This document shows, piece by piece, positions 10,775 through 20,570 of a stretch of 64,000 bases of DNA. Source of the stretch: an uncultured delta proteobacterium (GTDB lineage: Bacteria; Desulfobacterota; Desulfuromonadia; Desulfuromonadales; JACZKF01); contig CAWFKQ010000016.1 in NCBI GenBank assembly GCA_963816395.1, positions 96,001 through 160,000 on the forward strand, written 5' to 3'. The translations under genes were made by a program, and so were the position numbers. Under the pieces are notes generated by a model. It was not told the DNA's origin. It saw only the letters and a program-made list of their open reading frames with translations, and did not search any database. The number at the start of each line of letters is the position of its first letter. The first letter of the stretch is position 1.

Positions 10775-11741
10775 TCAGCCGGATTCTTCCCGGGTCTCGG
10801 GAAAGGCGGCGCGCACCTGCTGCCAGGCCAGGTCGGGGACGACCTCATCGAGGATCTTCATGGAGCTGGCGACCAGCCGGTGGGCATCCTCGAGAGAACT
10901 GACGCCCTGGCGCAGGCAGTCGTTGATGGCGGCGAGCTCCTCACCGATCAGGGCCGCCGCCTTCTTTTCGACCTCGGCCCGCTCTTGCCGCAGGAGCTCG
11001 AGAAACTTCTTCAGCCACCTGGCCCGCAGGGCGGTCGCTACGGCCTCCAGGGCCAGGGCCTGCCACAGCGGGCCTCCCCGGTCGGGGTAATCGGATTTCC
11101 AGGCCGTCACGATCCCGACGATGATCTCGCTGCTCTTGCGGATGCCGTCATCGAGATAGTCGCTTCGTTTCTCGGCCAGCCGGAGCCGGCGCTGCTGTTC
11201 GAGTCTCCTCGGCGGTCATGAAGGGATAGGCCTTGACCAGTTCCGGCCAGGAGACGCCCGTTTCTTGCATCCGCGACTCCAACTCCCGCCAGGCGATTTT
11301 TCCCGCCTCCAGGTGGAAGCGGCGGAAGATGCTGTAGCGGGCGCGTTCAAGCGGATCGTGCGATTCCGCCCCCGGGGCGCCAATTTTGTCGAGATCCTGC
11401 AGGTAGGATCTGAGGGCATCGATATCGGCGGGCTGCAGGCCGGTGGCCAGTTGCCGGTGCGCTGCCTCGATATCCTCGCGGATCTCCCGGTGGATGATCT
11501 CCTCCAGCCGCACTTTCTCCACCGCCGCCGCGGCCAGGCCGCTGCCGCGCTGTTCGGCGGCGGCCACCCGGCGCCGCTCCTCGATCTTGGCGTTCAGCCG
11601 GTCCAGAGCGCTATCGAATTGCTCACGCAGGGCTCCGAAGCCTTTTCCCGGCTGGTCCGGTTCTGCCGGAGGCGGGGCGTGCCGGAAAATTTCCGTCAGC
11701 CCGTTGAGAAACCCCAGTCCCCGCTTTTCCGCCTTTTCCAT
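10775..11741 (-). CDS. Hypothetical helical protein (about 320 aa), split by one apparent frameshift near 11205
   Basis: Removing one base joins ORF 11148..11741 to the frame LEQQRRLRLAEKRSDYLDDGIRK...TAWKSDYPD of ORF 10775..11110; GGGAGG RBS upstream. Confidence 0.6.
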
Positions 11742-12014
11742 CGGTATGCCTCCCGTGTGGCTTCAGCCGGATAATGTGCCAGTCCATTATTGTACCATTA
11801 CCGATCATGGGTGAAATTCAACGGCCTGCCGGGAGGTTCATTAAGCAGGGCAGGTGGACGAGTTAAAGCACCGTAAGTGTTCGATTCAGCGAAACAAAGC
11901 CGCTTTCCCCCGGGGTTGAAAGACGGGAAATATTTAGTAATCTATTTTATAGAGAAAGGAATGTCCGATCGCTGTTACGGCGGTCGGAGAACGAACGGAA
12001 AATGGAGGTAATCC

Positions 12015-12705
12015 ATGGAAAATCAGGAAATCAGAACAGAGAAGGACGCGCAGGTGTTTCTGCAGCCGATAGCAGCCCCTTCGATTCTGGGGCTGTACGG
12101 CTTCGCCGGAGCGACTTTCATGGTCTCCGCCTGGATGGCCGGCTGGTACGGCGATGTGAACACGCCCGTGTATCTCGCCCCCTTTGCCGCCCTCTTCGGC
12201 GGTGCTGGCCCAGTTCCTCGCCGGCATGTGGTCGTTCCGCGCCCGTGACGGTCTGTCCACCGCCATGCATGGCATGTGGGGATCCTTCTGGATCGCCTAT
12301 GGCATTCTGCAACTGTTCTTCATCAATCACCCGGGAGCGCATCCGGCGGGCACCCTTTTCCCGGCGTTCGGCTATTGGTTCATCGTCCTGGCCGCCATCA
12401 CCTGGGTGGGGACGCTGGCTGCCATGGCGCACGACGTCGCATTGACCGGCGTGCTGGGATTTCTCTCCGCCGGTTCGACGGCTGCCGCGATCGCCTTCCT
12501 CACCGGTGCGGGGTGGCTGGTGGTATTGGCAGGCTATCTGCTGATGATCTCCTCCTACATCGCCTTCTATGCGGCCTCGGCCCAGGTGTTGAAGGAGGCC
12601 TACGGGCACGAGATCCTGAAGCTGGGGTTGAGCCGTCGTATGCGCGAAGCGCCGCCGATCATGCCCGGGATCAACGAGCCGGGGGTTATTCACGGCCAGA
12701 AATAG
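12015..12705 (+). CDS. GPR1/FUN34/YaaH (SatP-like) acetate/carboxylate transporter, frameshift near 12200
   Basis: AAPSILGLYGFA signature variant, AQFLAGMW, GMWGSFW, about six hydrophobic segments across two frames. Confidence 0.8.
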
Positions 12706-12733
12706 GTAAGATCGGCCAGTGGCAATTCCAGTG

Positions 12734-12764
12734 GGCCGCCTGATCCAGGCGGCCTTGATTTTTT
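12734..12764 (+). terminator. Rho-independent terminator
   Basis: GGCCGCCTG-ATC-CAGGCGGCC followed by a T-rich tract. Confidence 0.6.
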
Positions 12765-12864
12765 CCCGTGCAGTGTGGTCCGCGCCTTGGCGGTTGCTCC
12801 GCGTCCGCATTTTCTCGGAATTTTCACCTCTCCCGGCCACCTCCGGCTTGCCTTCTGACGTACA

Positions 12865-14040
12865 ATGAAGCGCATGGACAGCCCGTTCTCATCGCTCCCC
12901 TTCTGGCTGGGGGTGGTCATTCTGCTCCTCTGGGTTCTGGCGGCGGTCGATCTGCTGCGCGGCAGCCGCCGGCTGCATTTTCTGCGCGACATCCGTCCGG
13001 CGCTGGCGGCGGCGCCGCCGCGGGTATCGGTGATTGCCGCGGCGCGCAACGAGGCGCGCAACCTGCGCCAGGCGATCGGCTCGCTGCTGGCCCTCGACTA
13101 TCCGGAGATCGAATTCATTCTGGTCAACGACCGCTCCGAGGATGCCACCGGCGCCATTCTGGAGGAGTTGGCGGCGGCCGACCGGCGCCTGCGGGTGGTG
13201 CATGTCGCCGAGCTGCCCCCCGGCTGGCTCGGCAAGAACCACGCCCTGTGGATCGGCAGCCGGCAGGCGACGGGGGAACTGCTCCTCTTCACCGACGCCG
13301 ATATCGTCATGGCCCCTTCCGCCCTGGCGCGGGCGGTGACCTTTCTGCAGCAGGAAGGTCTCGATCATCTCGCCGCCACTCCCGAAACGCGCATGCCGGG
13401 GGTTTTCCTGAACATGTTCGCCGCCTCCTTCATCCTCTTCTTTTCCCTCTATTTCCGCCCCTGGCAGGCGCGGGTGGCGAAAAGCCGGGCGCATATCGGC
13501 ATCGGCGCCTTCAACCTGGTGCGGGCCGCCGCCTACCGGCAGGTCGGCGGGCATGCGACGATCCGCCTGCGGCCGGACGACGATCTCAAGCTCGGCAAGA
13601 TCCTCAAGCAGGGAGGTTTCCGCCAGGATGTCGTCTACGGCGCCGGTCTGCTCGGGGTCGAGTGGTACGCCTCGGTGCGGGAGTTGATCCGCGGTCTGGA
13701 AAAAAACGCCTTCGCCGGTGCCGACTACCGAATCTCGACCGTTCTCTGGGGGGCGGCGTTGAATCTGACCGCCAGCGTCTGGCCCTACCTGGCCCTGTTC
13801 GCCACCGGCGGCGCCACGCGGGTCGTCTATGCCGCCGTGGTCGCGGTGATCACCATCGTCTTCATCGCCAGCGCCGGCTTCCACGGCACCAGGCGCTGGT
13901 ATGCCGTCGGTTTCCCCCTGACCGCCGCCCTGTTCATTTTCATCCTCCTGCGGACCATGGTGCTCAACCTCGCCCGCGGCGGCATCACCTGGCGCGGCAC
14001 CTTTTATCCCCTGGCGCAGCTCAAGGCAAACAAGCTGTAA
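12865..14040 (+). CDS. Membrane glycosyltransferase family 2 (HpnB/CrtQ-like)
   Basis: AARNE, VNDRSEDAT, GWLGKNHA, FTDAD, PDDDLKLG, terminal TM helices, ITWRG. Confidence 0.88.
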   Translation: MKRMDSPFSSLPFWLGVVILLLWVLAAVDLLRGSRRLHFLRDIRPALAAAPPRVSVIAAARNEARNLRQAIGSLLALDYPEIEFILVNDRSEDATGAILEELAAADRRLRVVHVAELPPGWLGKNHALWIGSRQATGELLLFTDADIVMAPSALARAVTFLQQEGLDHLAATPETRMPGVFLNMFAASFILFFSLYFRPWQARVAKSRAHIGIGAFNLVRAAAYRQVGGHATIRLRPDDDLKLGKILKQGGFRQDVVYGAGLLGVEWYASVRELIRGLEKNAFAGADYRISTVLWGAALNLTASVWPYLALFATGGATRVVYAAVVAVITIVFIASAGFHGTRRWYAVGFPLTAALFIFILLRTMVLNLARGGITWRGTFYPLAQLKANKL

Positions 14041-14180
14041 GCTGAAAGCCACAAGCTGCAAGCTGCAGCTTAGCCCTAGGTCCCGCTCGCCGCTCGCCGC
14101 TTATTTTTTGCGCGCTTGGACGGTAGATACTGCGGGTAAGCACAGTGTATTTTTTACAATTACTGTGATATTGTGCGCCG

Positions 14181-15557
14181 ATGCGCCTCTCCTTGAAACA
14201 TCAGATCCTTCTCGCACCGGCGGCGGTTCTGCTGTTGATGACCCTGCTGCTTGGCTTCCTCCAGTACAATTACTGGGACCTTTCCCGACAGCGGAGGGAA
14301 GCCCGGCGTCTGTACACCGCCTTCATTGCTCTGGCTGAAGCCGATCTGGCCGGTCAGCGCATGTACGGGCTGGCCATGCGGCTCTCCCGCGAGCAATTGG
14401 TCGAAATGGCACGGCTGGAGGAAATGGGCCAGCTGTTTCGTCACCTGGAAGTCGCCACCGACCGGATCATCGCTCTGATGGCGCTGCCCGACAGCAGCCG
14501 GGCGTCATTGCAGCAGGCGGTGAACGATCTCAATCCGGAGCGCGGGTTCGACGCCGACCGCTTTCTCTCCGCCCTCTCTCTGCTGCGTCCCCAGCTGGTT
14601 TCCCTGTCGGAAGTGATCCAGCAGCAGCAGCGGGACAGGATGCGGGACGTGCATCAGGACGACATCGATGAGCTGGTTGCCCGCACCACCTTTGTTTCCA
14701 TCATCGTGCTGGGAGCGGCCATTCTGGTCGGCATCGTCCTCTCCCTGACCTTCGCCCGCCGCATTCAGCTCCGGCTGCAGATACTTTCCGACAGCGCCGG
14801 AAGAATCGCCCGCGGTGAGCTGACACCGCCGCCGGCGCCGTTGCGGGTGCGGGATGAACTGGATGATCTGGCGGTGTCGATCAACCAGATGACCGATCGG
14901 CTGATCCGGGTTGTCAGCACGGAAAAACTTCTGGAAGGAGCGGAGGATGAGCGCCGGCGCATCGCCATGGACATCCACGATCAGACCCTCTCCGACCTGT
15001 CGTCGGTCCTGCGCGGCATCCAGGAACTGAAGACCATCGGACCCTGCCGGGGCACCGCCGCCGGGCTGGAAACCGAGCTGCAGCGCGCCCTTTCCAATCT
15101 GCGCGAGGTCATCGATAACCTGCACCCCCAGACTCTCGACATCCTCGGCCTGGCGGCCGCCCTGCAGTCTTATCTGGAGCGCCATCTCGCCGCCGGGGAT
15201 CTCCCCTGCTATCATTTCTCCTGTTCGCCGGAGGCGGAAGCCGCACCCCTTGCCCGTCTCGAGCGCCTCAATCTGTACCGGATTGCCTTGGAGGCCATTC
15301 ACAACGTCATCAAGCACGCCGAGGCGAACCGCTACGAGGTGCTTCTCGACCAGCGGGACGGGTCGCTGGTGCTCTCGGTGGAAGACAACGGCAACGGTTT
15401 CGTCCCGCCCGCTTTTTCCAGCGGCCGCGGGCTCAACAACATCCGCGAGCGGGCCCGGGTGATCGGCGCCACCGCCTCCTGGCGCCCTTCCCGCTTTTCC
15501 TCCGGCAGCCGTTTCGAACTGATTCTGCCGGTCCGGAACCGACCCGAACAGGGGTAA
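14181..15557 (+). CDS. Sensor histidine kinase (TM-HAMP-HisKA_3-HATPase)
   Basis: ERRRIAMDIHD, EAIHNVIKHA, VEDNGNGF, GRGLNNIRER. Confidence 0.92.
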   Translation: MRLSLKHQILLAPAAVLLLMTLLLGFLQYNYWDLSRQRREARRLYTAFIALAEADLAGQRMYGLAMRLSREQLVEMARLEEMGQLFRHLEVATDRIIALMALPDSSRASLQQAVNDLNPERGFDADRFLSALSLLRPQLVSLSEVIQQQQRDRMRDVHQDDIDELVARTTFVSIIVLGAAILVGIVLSLTFARRIQLRLQILSDSAGRIARGELTPPPAPLRVRDELDDLAVSINQMTDRLIRVVSTEKLLEGAEDERRRIAMDIHDQTLSDLSSVLRGIQELKTIGPCRGTAAGLETELQRALSNLREVIDNLHPQTLDILGLAAALQSYLERHLAAGDLPCYHFSCSPEAEAAPLARLERLNLYRIALEAIHNVIKHAEANRYEVLLDQRDGSLVLSVEDNGNGFVPPAFSSGRGLNNIRERARVIGATASWRPSRFSSGSRFELILPVRNRPEQG

Positions 15558-15564
15558 TCAACAC

Positions 15565-16311
15565 ATGGATACGCCGACCATTCTCATTGCCGAGGACAAT
15601 CCCAGGGATATCGATTTCCTGGAGACGATCTTTCAGAGCTGGAGTCCCTCCTGCCGCCTCGAACGGGCGCCCAGCGGCCGCGTGGCCCTGGATCTGGCCC
15701 TGAAGATGGAGCGGCCACTGGTGGTCAGCGATATCCAGATGCCGGAGCTGAACGGCATCGAGTTCGCCCGTCTGCTCTGGCAGAAGCGGCCCGAGGCGCG
15801 CATCGTCTTCTGGAGCCAGTACAAGGATGAAATGTATGTGCGGGCGCTGGCCCGCATCGTGCCGCCGGAGACGGTGTACGGCTATATCCTCAAGTCCGGT
15901 CCCCGGGAACGGATCGAGGCGGCGGTGCGCACCGTGCTCATTGAGGACCAGTGCTGGATCGACCCGGAGGTGCGCAAGGTGCAGGGGCGGGCCGGCCACA
16001 GTCAGACGGCCTTGTCCGATATCGAATATGAGGCGCTGGTGGATATCACCATGGGTCTAACCGACAACCTGATCGCCCAGCGCCGCTACCTTTCCCGCCG
16101 GGGGGTGCAGAGCCGGCTCAATTCCCTGTACAACAAGCTGGGGCTCGACCAGGAGCAGTTCCACCACGATAAAATCGGCGATGCCTTCAACCTGCGCAAC
16201 CGGGCGGTGTCGGTAGCCTTGCGGCGGGGGTTGATCAATGCCTTCGAGCTGGAGCAGGAGGAGGAGGAATTTCAGGTGTGGCTGGGGAAATTCAAGGCGG
16301 GGCGGCGCTAG
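15565..16311 (+). CDS. NarL/LuxR-type response regulator
   Basis: ILIAEDN, VSDIQMPELNG, GYILK, GLTDNLIA...LYNKLG HTH. Confidence 0.9.
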   Translation: MDTPTILIAEDNPRDIDFLETIFQSWSPSCRLERAPSGRVALDLALKMERPLVVSDIQMPELNGIEFARLLWQKRPEARIVFWSQYKDEMYVRALARIVPPETVYGYILKSGPRERIEAAVRTVLIEDQCWIDPEVRKVQGRAGHSQTALSDIEYEALVDITMGLTDNLIAQRRYLSRRGVQSRLNSLYNKLGLDQEQFHHDKIGDAFNLRNRAVSVALRRGLINAFELEQEEEEFQVWLGKFKAGRR

Positions 16312-16342
16312 GCTGCGCCGATCCTGATCACAGATTGTATGG

Positions 16343-16372
16343 AAAGCCCGGGGATCGTTCCCGGGCTTTTTT
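16343..16372 (+). terminator. Rho-independent terminator
   Basis: AAAGCCCGGG-GATCGTT-CCCGGGCTTTTTT. Confidence 0.85.
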
Positions 16373-16407
16373 ATCAGCCACTCAGTGCACCCTCGGAAGA
16401 AAATGAT

Positions 16408-16537
16408 TCCATCGCCCGCTCCTTGCAGTCGCTCAAGGTGCAGAGAGCGCAGAGCGCAGAGAGCGCAGAGAAATGCTTTTTTTGATTTCTCTCGGTGTTC
16501 TTTGCGCCTTGAGTGAGCGGAGCGAACGGGCGGTGAA
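16408..16537. repeat. Imperfect inverted-repeat (REP-like) element with internal CGCAGAG repeats
   Basis: Left arm ...CGCCCGC...CTCAAGGTGCAGAGAGCGCAGAG pairs with right arm CTCGGTGTTCTTTGCGCCTTGAG...ACGGGCGGTG. Confidence 0.65.
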
Positions 16538-16544
16538 AGGGGTT

Positions 16545-17363
16545 TCAATGCTCCTGCGGTCGGGGATTCCATTTTGACCTGGCGGCAGGCAGGGGGAGCA
16601 GTTCCGGGCGGTACTCGAAGTGCATGGTGTCGTAGTGATACCACTTGCCGCCCCAGATGAAGCCGTGGCGTTCAAAGGCCTCGACGATCGGCCAGGGGAT
16701 CTGGTTGTGCCAGGAAAAGCGGCCGCCGTTTTTTTCGGCATCCCAGCGCCAGTAGGCGACGCGGTCGCCGCCGAGGTCGACGGCGATGCCGAAGCTGTGC
16801 GGGCTGAGGCGGCCGGTGCCGGCGATGGGGCGCCAGCAGTAGCCGCCGGCCGGATGCGCGAGATACGACCGGATGTCGGGGGGCAGCCGCTGCAGGTCGC
16901 GAATGACCGCCGCCAGCTTTTCGTTCACCCCGTTGATGCGGGTGACGCGCAGGCTGGTCGGCCGGCCGAAGGGCCAGGGCACCGCGACCAGGTTCTGCTC
17001 CACCGCCGCCCGGTCGTGCGCCGTACATTTTGCGGAAGAAAGATTCGTGGCGGAGGCGGCCGGGATCGAAGTTCTCCGGCGGCGGGGCGGGAAAGGCGGG
17101 ACCGGCAGGGTAGGGGAGGCGGAACTGGTCCTGCAGGTCGGCGTCGGCGAGGAGATCGGCGAAACTTTTCTCCCGGCGGTCGTCGAAGGGCATGGCCGTG
17201 CCGTCGCACCAGCGGAGAGTGTTCGGGCGGGCGCCGCAGAGGCGGCCGGGATAGGCGGCGAGCAGGGCCTGCAGGCCGGCGGGAAGGGGATCTGCCCGGC
17301 GGCGGCCGGAAACGGCAGCAGCAGGAGCGGCAGGAGAAGCGGAAGGAGGCGACGTAGGACCAC
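16545..17363 (-). CDS. M15-family metallopeptidase (D-Ala-D-Ala/L,D-peptidase-like), two compensating frameshifts
   Basis: Signal peptide LLPLLLPLLLLP and C-terminal WRPIAGTGRLSPHSFGIAVD...HYDTMHFEYRPEL are in one frame; the middle part (LLAAYP...DPGRLRHESFFRKMYG) is in another. Confidence 0.8.
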   Translation of the reverse strand: MVLRRLLPLLLPLLLLPFPAAAGQIPFPPACRPCSPPIPAASAAPARTLSAGATARPCPSTTAGRKVSPISSPTPTCRTSSASPTLPVPPFPPRRRRTSIPAASATNLSSAKCTAHDRAAVEQNLVAVPWPFGRPTSLRVTRINGVNEKLAAVIRDLQRLPPDIRSYLAHPAGGYCWRPIAGTGRLSPHSFGIAVDLGGDRVAYWRWDAEKNGGRFSWHNQIPWPIVEAFERHGFIWGGKWYHYDTMHFEYRPELLPLPAARSKWNPRPQEH

Positions 17364-17511
17364 GGGCAGTCTCCGGCGAGAATGAACTGCCCGCAGTGTG
17401 ACACGGATCGACTGGCGGGGCAATTGCTTCCCCTCCGTTATTACGAAACAGATCCCACTTTACCCGATCCAACGTTGATCTACAGCAAGCCCGCCCCGGG
17501 CGCAAGCTTCT

Positions 17512-19830
17512 TCAGCGTCCCTCCTCCCTGGCGGTAAACGCGTCGACCGTCTCCTGCAGCGGGAGGGTGCCCGGCCGGTGCCGGTTGGCGAACATGCGCA
17601 CCGCCAGGTAGACCACCGGCAGGATGCCGCCGACGATGAACAGCACGTCTCCCGGCAGCCGCAGCCACTCGAACGTCTGCACGATGGGGCGGAGGAAGAA
17701 TTCCGGCTCCCGCGCCTGCCAGTAGGAAGTGGTCAGGGCCTCGCGGATCTGCATCAGGCCGACCGGAAAGAGATTGACGAACAGCATCCAGGCCAGGCCG
17801 ATGTTCAGGCTCCAGAAGGCGATCCCCATGGCCCGGTCGCTCGCCCGGTCGCGGGGGATGAAATAGCGGGCGACGAACATGAAGAAACCCATCGCCAGCA
17901 TCCCGTACACCCCCATCATGGCCCCATGGCCGTGGTTGGCGGTCCATTGGGTGCCGATCTCGTAATAGCTGACGATCGGCAGGTTGATCAGGAAGCCGAA
18001 GACCCCCGCCCCGAGGAAGTTCCAGAAGCCGACGGCAATCAGGAACATCACCGCCCACTTGTGCGGGAATTCGCCGCTGCTCGTTCCCAGCATCGTCTTT
18101 TCCCCCGCCGGGGCGCCCAGCTGCATGAAGCGCCAGGCCTCGTAGGTCAGCAGCATCAGGGGGATGACCTCCATGGCCGAGAAGAAGGCCCCGAGGGACA
18201 TGTGAACGGCCGGCGCGCCGCTGAAGTAGAGGTGGTGCATGGTGCCGATCACCCCGCCGACCGAATAGAGGATGATGTCCAGATAGATGATGGTGGTCGC
18301 CACCTTCGGCCGCACCACCCCGAGCAGGACGAAGACGTAGGCGACCATGATGGTGGTGAACAGCTCGAGGAAGTCCTCCACCCACAGGTGCACGACCCAG
18401 AAGCGCCAGAAATCCATCACGGCGAAATTGACGTCGCGGCCGTACACCATCCCCACCGCATAGAATACGGGGATGGAGAGGGCGCTGTAGAGGAAGAGCC
18501 AGGGCATATTCCCCGGATGTTCCTCCGGGAGGCGCTGGCGCAGACCGCGAATCAGGATCACCACCCACAGGAACATGCCGATGGTCAGCAGGATCTGCCA
18601 CATGCGGCCGAGATCGAGGTATTCCCACCCCTGGGCGCCGATCCAGAACCAGGGCCCCTGGCGGGTGATGGCGTCCTCGATGCTCGCCGCCTCCCCGGCC
18701 AGGCTGCCGACGACGACCACCACCAGGGCGCCGAACAGGGTCAGGGCCAGCTTGTCCTGGTGCTTCGGTTCGCGGCCGGCGATCATCGGCGCCAGGAAGA
18801 TCCCCATGGCCAGGAAGCTGGCGGCGACGAAAAACAGGGCCAGCTGCAGGTGCCAGGTGCGGGAAATGTTATAGGGGAGCCAGTCGGCGACCTGCACGCC
18901 GTAGAACCCGGCCGGCTCGACATGGTAATGGGCGTTCATGCCGCCGAGCAGTCCCTGGAGAAGAAAAAGCCCGGCCACCACCAGGAAGTACCAGGGGACC
19001 GCCCGCTGCGAAGGGGTCAGCCGCACCTCTTCCGGGGGTCGGAAGCGGCGCTTGCCCTCGGTCGGGACCGTCTCCCGCTGCCATCCCAGGGACTCGTAGC
19101 GGCCGAAGAAGAACAGGACGATGCCGGTCCCCCCAAGCAGGGCCACCAGGCTGAGGACGCTCCAGAGCAGGGCGGCAGGGGTCGGCTGATTCCCCGCCAG
19201 CGGTTCCGGCGGCCAGTTGTTGGTGTAGGAGTGCTGGGCGTCTGGGCGCTGGGCCGCTGTGGTCCAGCCGGCCCAGGAAAAGAAAGCGGTCAGCCGCCTG
19301 ACCTCCGCGGGATCGGTGATCATCGGCCGGCGCACCCCGCGCTGCTGCTCCGGCCGCCCGAAGGCGGTGCGATAGAATTCGAGCATCTGGTTGAAGGCGA
19401 AAGTCTGCCCCGGCGTATAGGAGAGGACGCCGCTGGCCGGGTCGTAGGTGTTCGTCCTGAGCTCCTGCCGTACCCGGGCGGTCGCTTCCGCTTCCGACAG
19501 TCCCTGCCGCCGGTTGAAGGCGAGCATCGCTTCGCCCGCACGGTGCAGGTACTGGGCGGTGAAATCCGGCCCCAGGTAAGCGCCGTGGCCGTACAGGGTG
19601 CCGTACTGCATCAGGCCGTATTTCTGGAAAATATGCTGGCCGGCCATGATGTCGTCGCCGGTGAACAGCACCTCACCGGTGCCGGCTTGCACCACCTCCC
19701 TGGGGATAGGCGGGTGATCGACGGAGACGCGCCGGGCCAGGTAGCCGAGGACGGCGAAGCCGACCAGGAAAGTGAGTATGGCCACCTGCATCCACAGCCG
19801 GGGAATGATCATCGGGTTTCTTGCCGCCAT
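17512..19830 (-). CDS. norZ: Quinol-dependent nitric oxide reductase (qNOR, single subunit)
   Basis: GHGAYLGPDFTA, YTNNWP, RTWHLQ, QGWEYLDLGR, VVHLWVEDFLE, GTMHHLYF, NHGHGAMMGVYG, WLRLPGD. Confidence 0.93.
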   Translation of the reverse strand: MAARNPMIIPRLWMQVAILTFLVGFAVLGYLARRVSVDHPPIPREVVQAGTGEVLFTGDDIMAGQHIFQKYGLMQYGTLYGHGAYLGPDFTAQYLHRAGEAMLAFNRRQGLSEAEATARVRQELRTNTYDPASGVLSYTPGQTFAFNQMLEFYRTAFGRPEQQRGVRRPMITDPAEVRRLTAFFSWAGWTTAAQRPDAQHSYTNNWPPEPLAGNQPTPAALLWSVLSLVALLGGTGIVLFFFGRYESLGWQRETVPTEGKRRFRPPEEVRLTPSQRAVPWYFLVVAGLFLLQGLLGGMNAHYHVEPAGFYGVQVADWLPYNISRTWHLQLALFFVAASFLAMGIFLAPMIAGREPKHQDKLALTLFGALVVVVVGSLAGEAASIEDAITRQGPWFWIGAQGWEYLDLGRMWQILLTIGMFLWVVILIRGLRQRLPEEHPGNMPWLFLYSALSIPVFYAVGMVYGRDVNFAVMDFWRFWVVHLWVEDFLELFTTIMVAYVFVLLGVVRPKVATTIIYLDIILYSVGGVIGTMHHLYFSGAPAVHMSLGAFFSAMEVIPLMLLTYEAWRFMQLGAPAGEKTMLGTSSGEFPHKWAVMFLIAVGFWNFLGAGVFGFLINLPIVSYYEIGTQWTANHGHGAMMGVYGMLAMGFFMFVARYFIPRDRASDRAMGIAFWSLNIGLAWMLFVNLFPVGLMQIREALTTSYWQAREPEFFLRPIVQTFEWLRLPGDVLFIVGGILPVVYLAVRMFANRHRPGTLPLQETVDAFTAREEGR

Positions 19831-19980
19831 GGTCCGCTCCTTCTCCAGCCAGCGCTTGATATCTTTTAAAGGAATCTAAATTTTCTCGTCTTCATTTTCT
19901 TCTAGCGTTCTTCAAGGAAAAAGCAAGTGGCGGCACGGGAGAGACTCGGGAGGTGAAAAGGGAGGCCAGAGTGCGGAATA

Positions 19981-20009
19981 AAAAAGGCCCCGCCAGGGGC
20001 GGAGCCTTT
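19981..20009 (-). terminator. Rho-independent terminator after the CBS gene
   Basis: AAAAAGGCCCCGCC-AGG-GGCGGAGCCTTT hairpin with an A-tract (U-tract on the minus strand). Confidence 0.7.
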
Positions 20010-20037
20010 GCTGCAGGGATGGCGCGGCCGACGCGTT

Positions 20038-20472
20038 TCAGCCGCCCATGATGTAGTTTTCCAGTTGCCCGATCATGTAATCCTTCTGCGCGATGAAGGC
20101 CTTAACCACATCGCCGATGGAAATGACCCCGACCAGCCGTTCCTTCTCGAGGACGGGCAGGTGGCGGACGCGCCGCTCGGTCATCAGCGCCATGCACTCC
20201 TCCAGGGGCTGGTCCGGGCCGACGAAGAATACCTTCGAGGTCATGATGTCCCTGACGTGGGTTTCCCGGGAGGAGATCCCCTTGAGGATGACCTTGCGGG
20301 CGTAGTCCCGCTCCGAGAAGATCCCCTTCAGCCTTCCACCGTCCGCCACCACGACCAGGGCGCCGATGTCCTGCTCTGCCATCAGCGTCAGAGCCTCGAA
20401 GACAGTTTGCTCCGGGCCGATGGTCCAGACCTTCCGTCCCTTCTCCTCAAGCAGATCCCGCACCGTTTGCAT
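20038..20472 (-). CDS. CBS-domain protein
   Basis: GIFSERDYARKV, VRHLPV, GVISIGDVVK. Confidence 0.92.
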   Translation of the reverse strand: MQTVRDLLEEKGRKVWTIGPEQTVFEALTLMAEQDIGALVVVADGGRLKGIFSERDYARKVILKGISSRETHVRDIMTSKVFFVGPDQPLEECMALMTERRVRHLPVLEKERLVGVISIGDVVKAFIAQKDYMIGQLENYIMGG

Positions 20473-20570
20473 AGGCAGCTCTCCTTCGCCAAATAAAACC
20501 CTATTTCATAAAACATAGAGGAATCTGCGGAAAAGTCAATGACGGAGGGAGAGATGGCCTTTCGCTGGGA

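Noticed and set aside
11765..11785. Sigma-54 promoter (TGGCAC) upstream of the hypothetical gene
   Set aside because: GG is followed at the -12 position by GG, not GC.
17512..19830. NO dismutase (Nod) interpretation of the qNOR-like gene
   Set aside because: The His-His metal-ligand pair (GTMHHLY) is intact; Nod candidates substitute one of these His residues.
17578..19869. 763-aa plus-strand ORF and other long antisense ORFs (e.g. 27810-29828, 33648-35846, 37871-40219, 53791-55629)
   Set aside because: They shadow well-supported genes on the opposite strand, have no motifs, and are expected in high-GC DNA.
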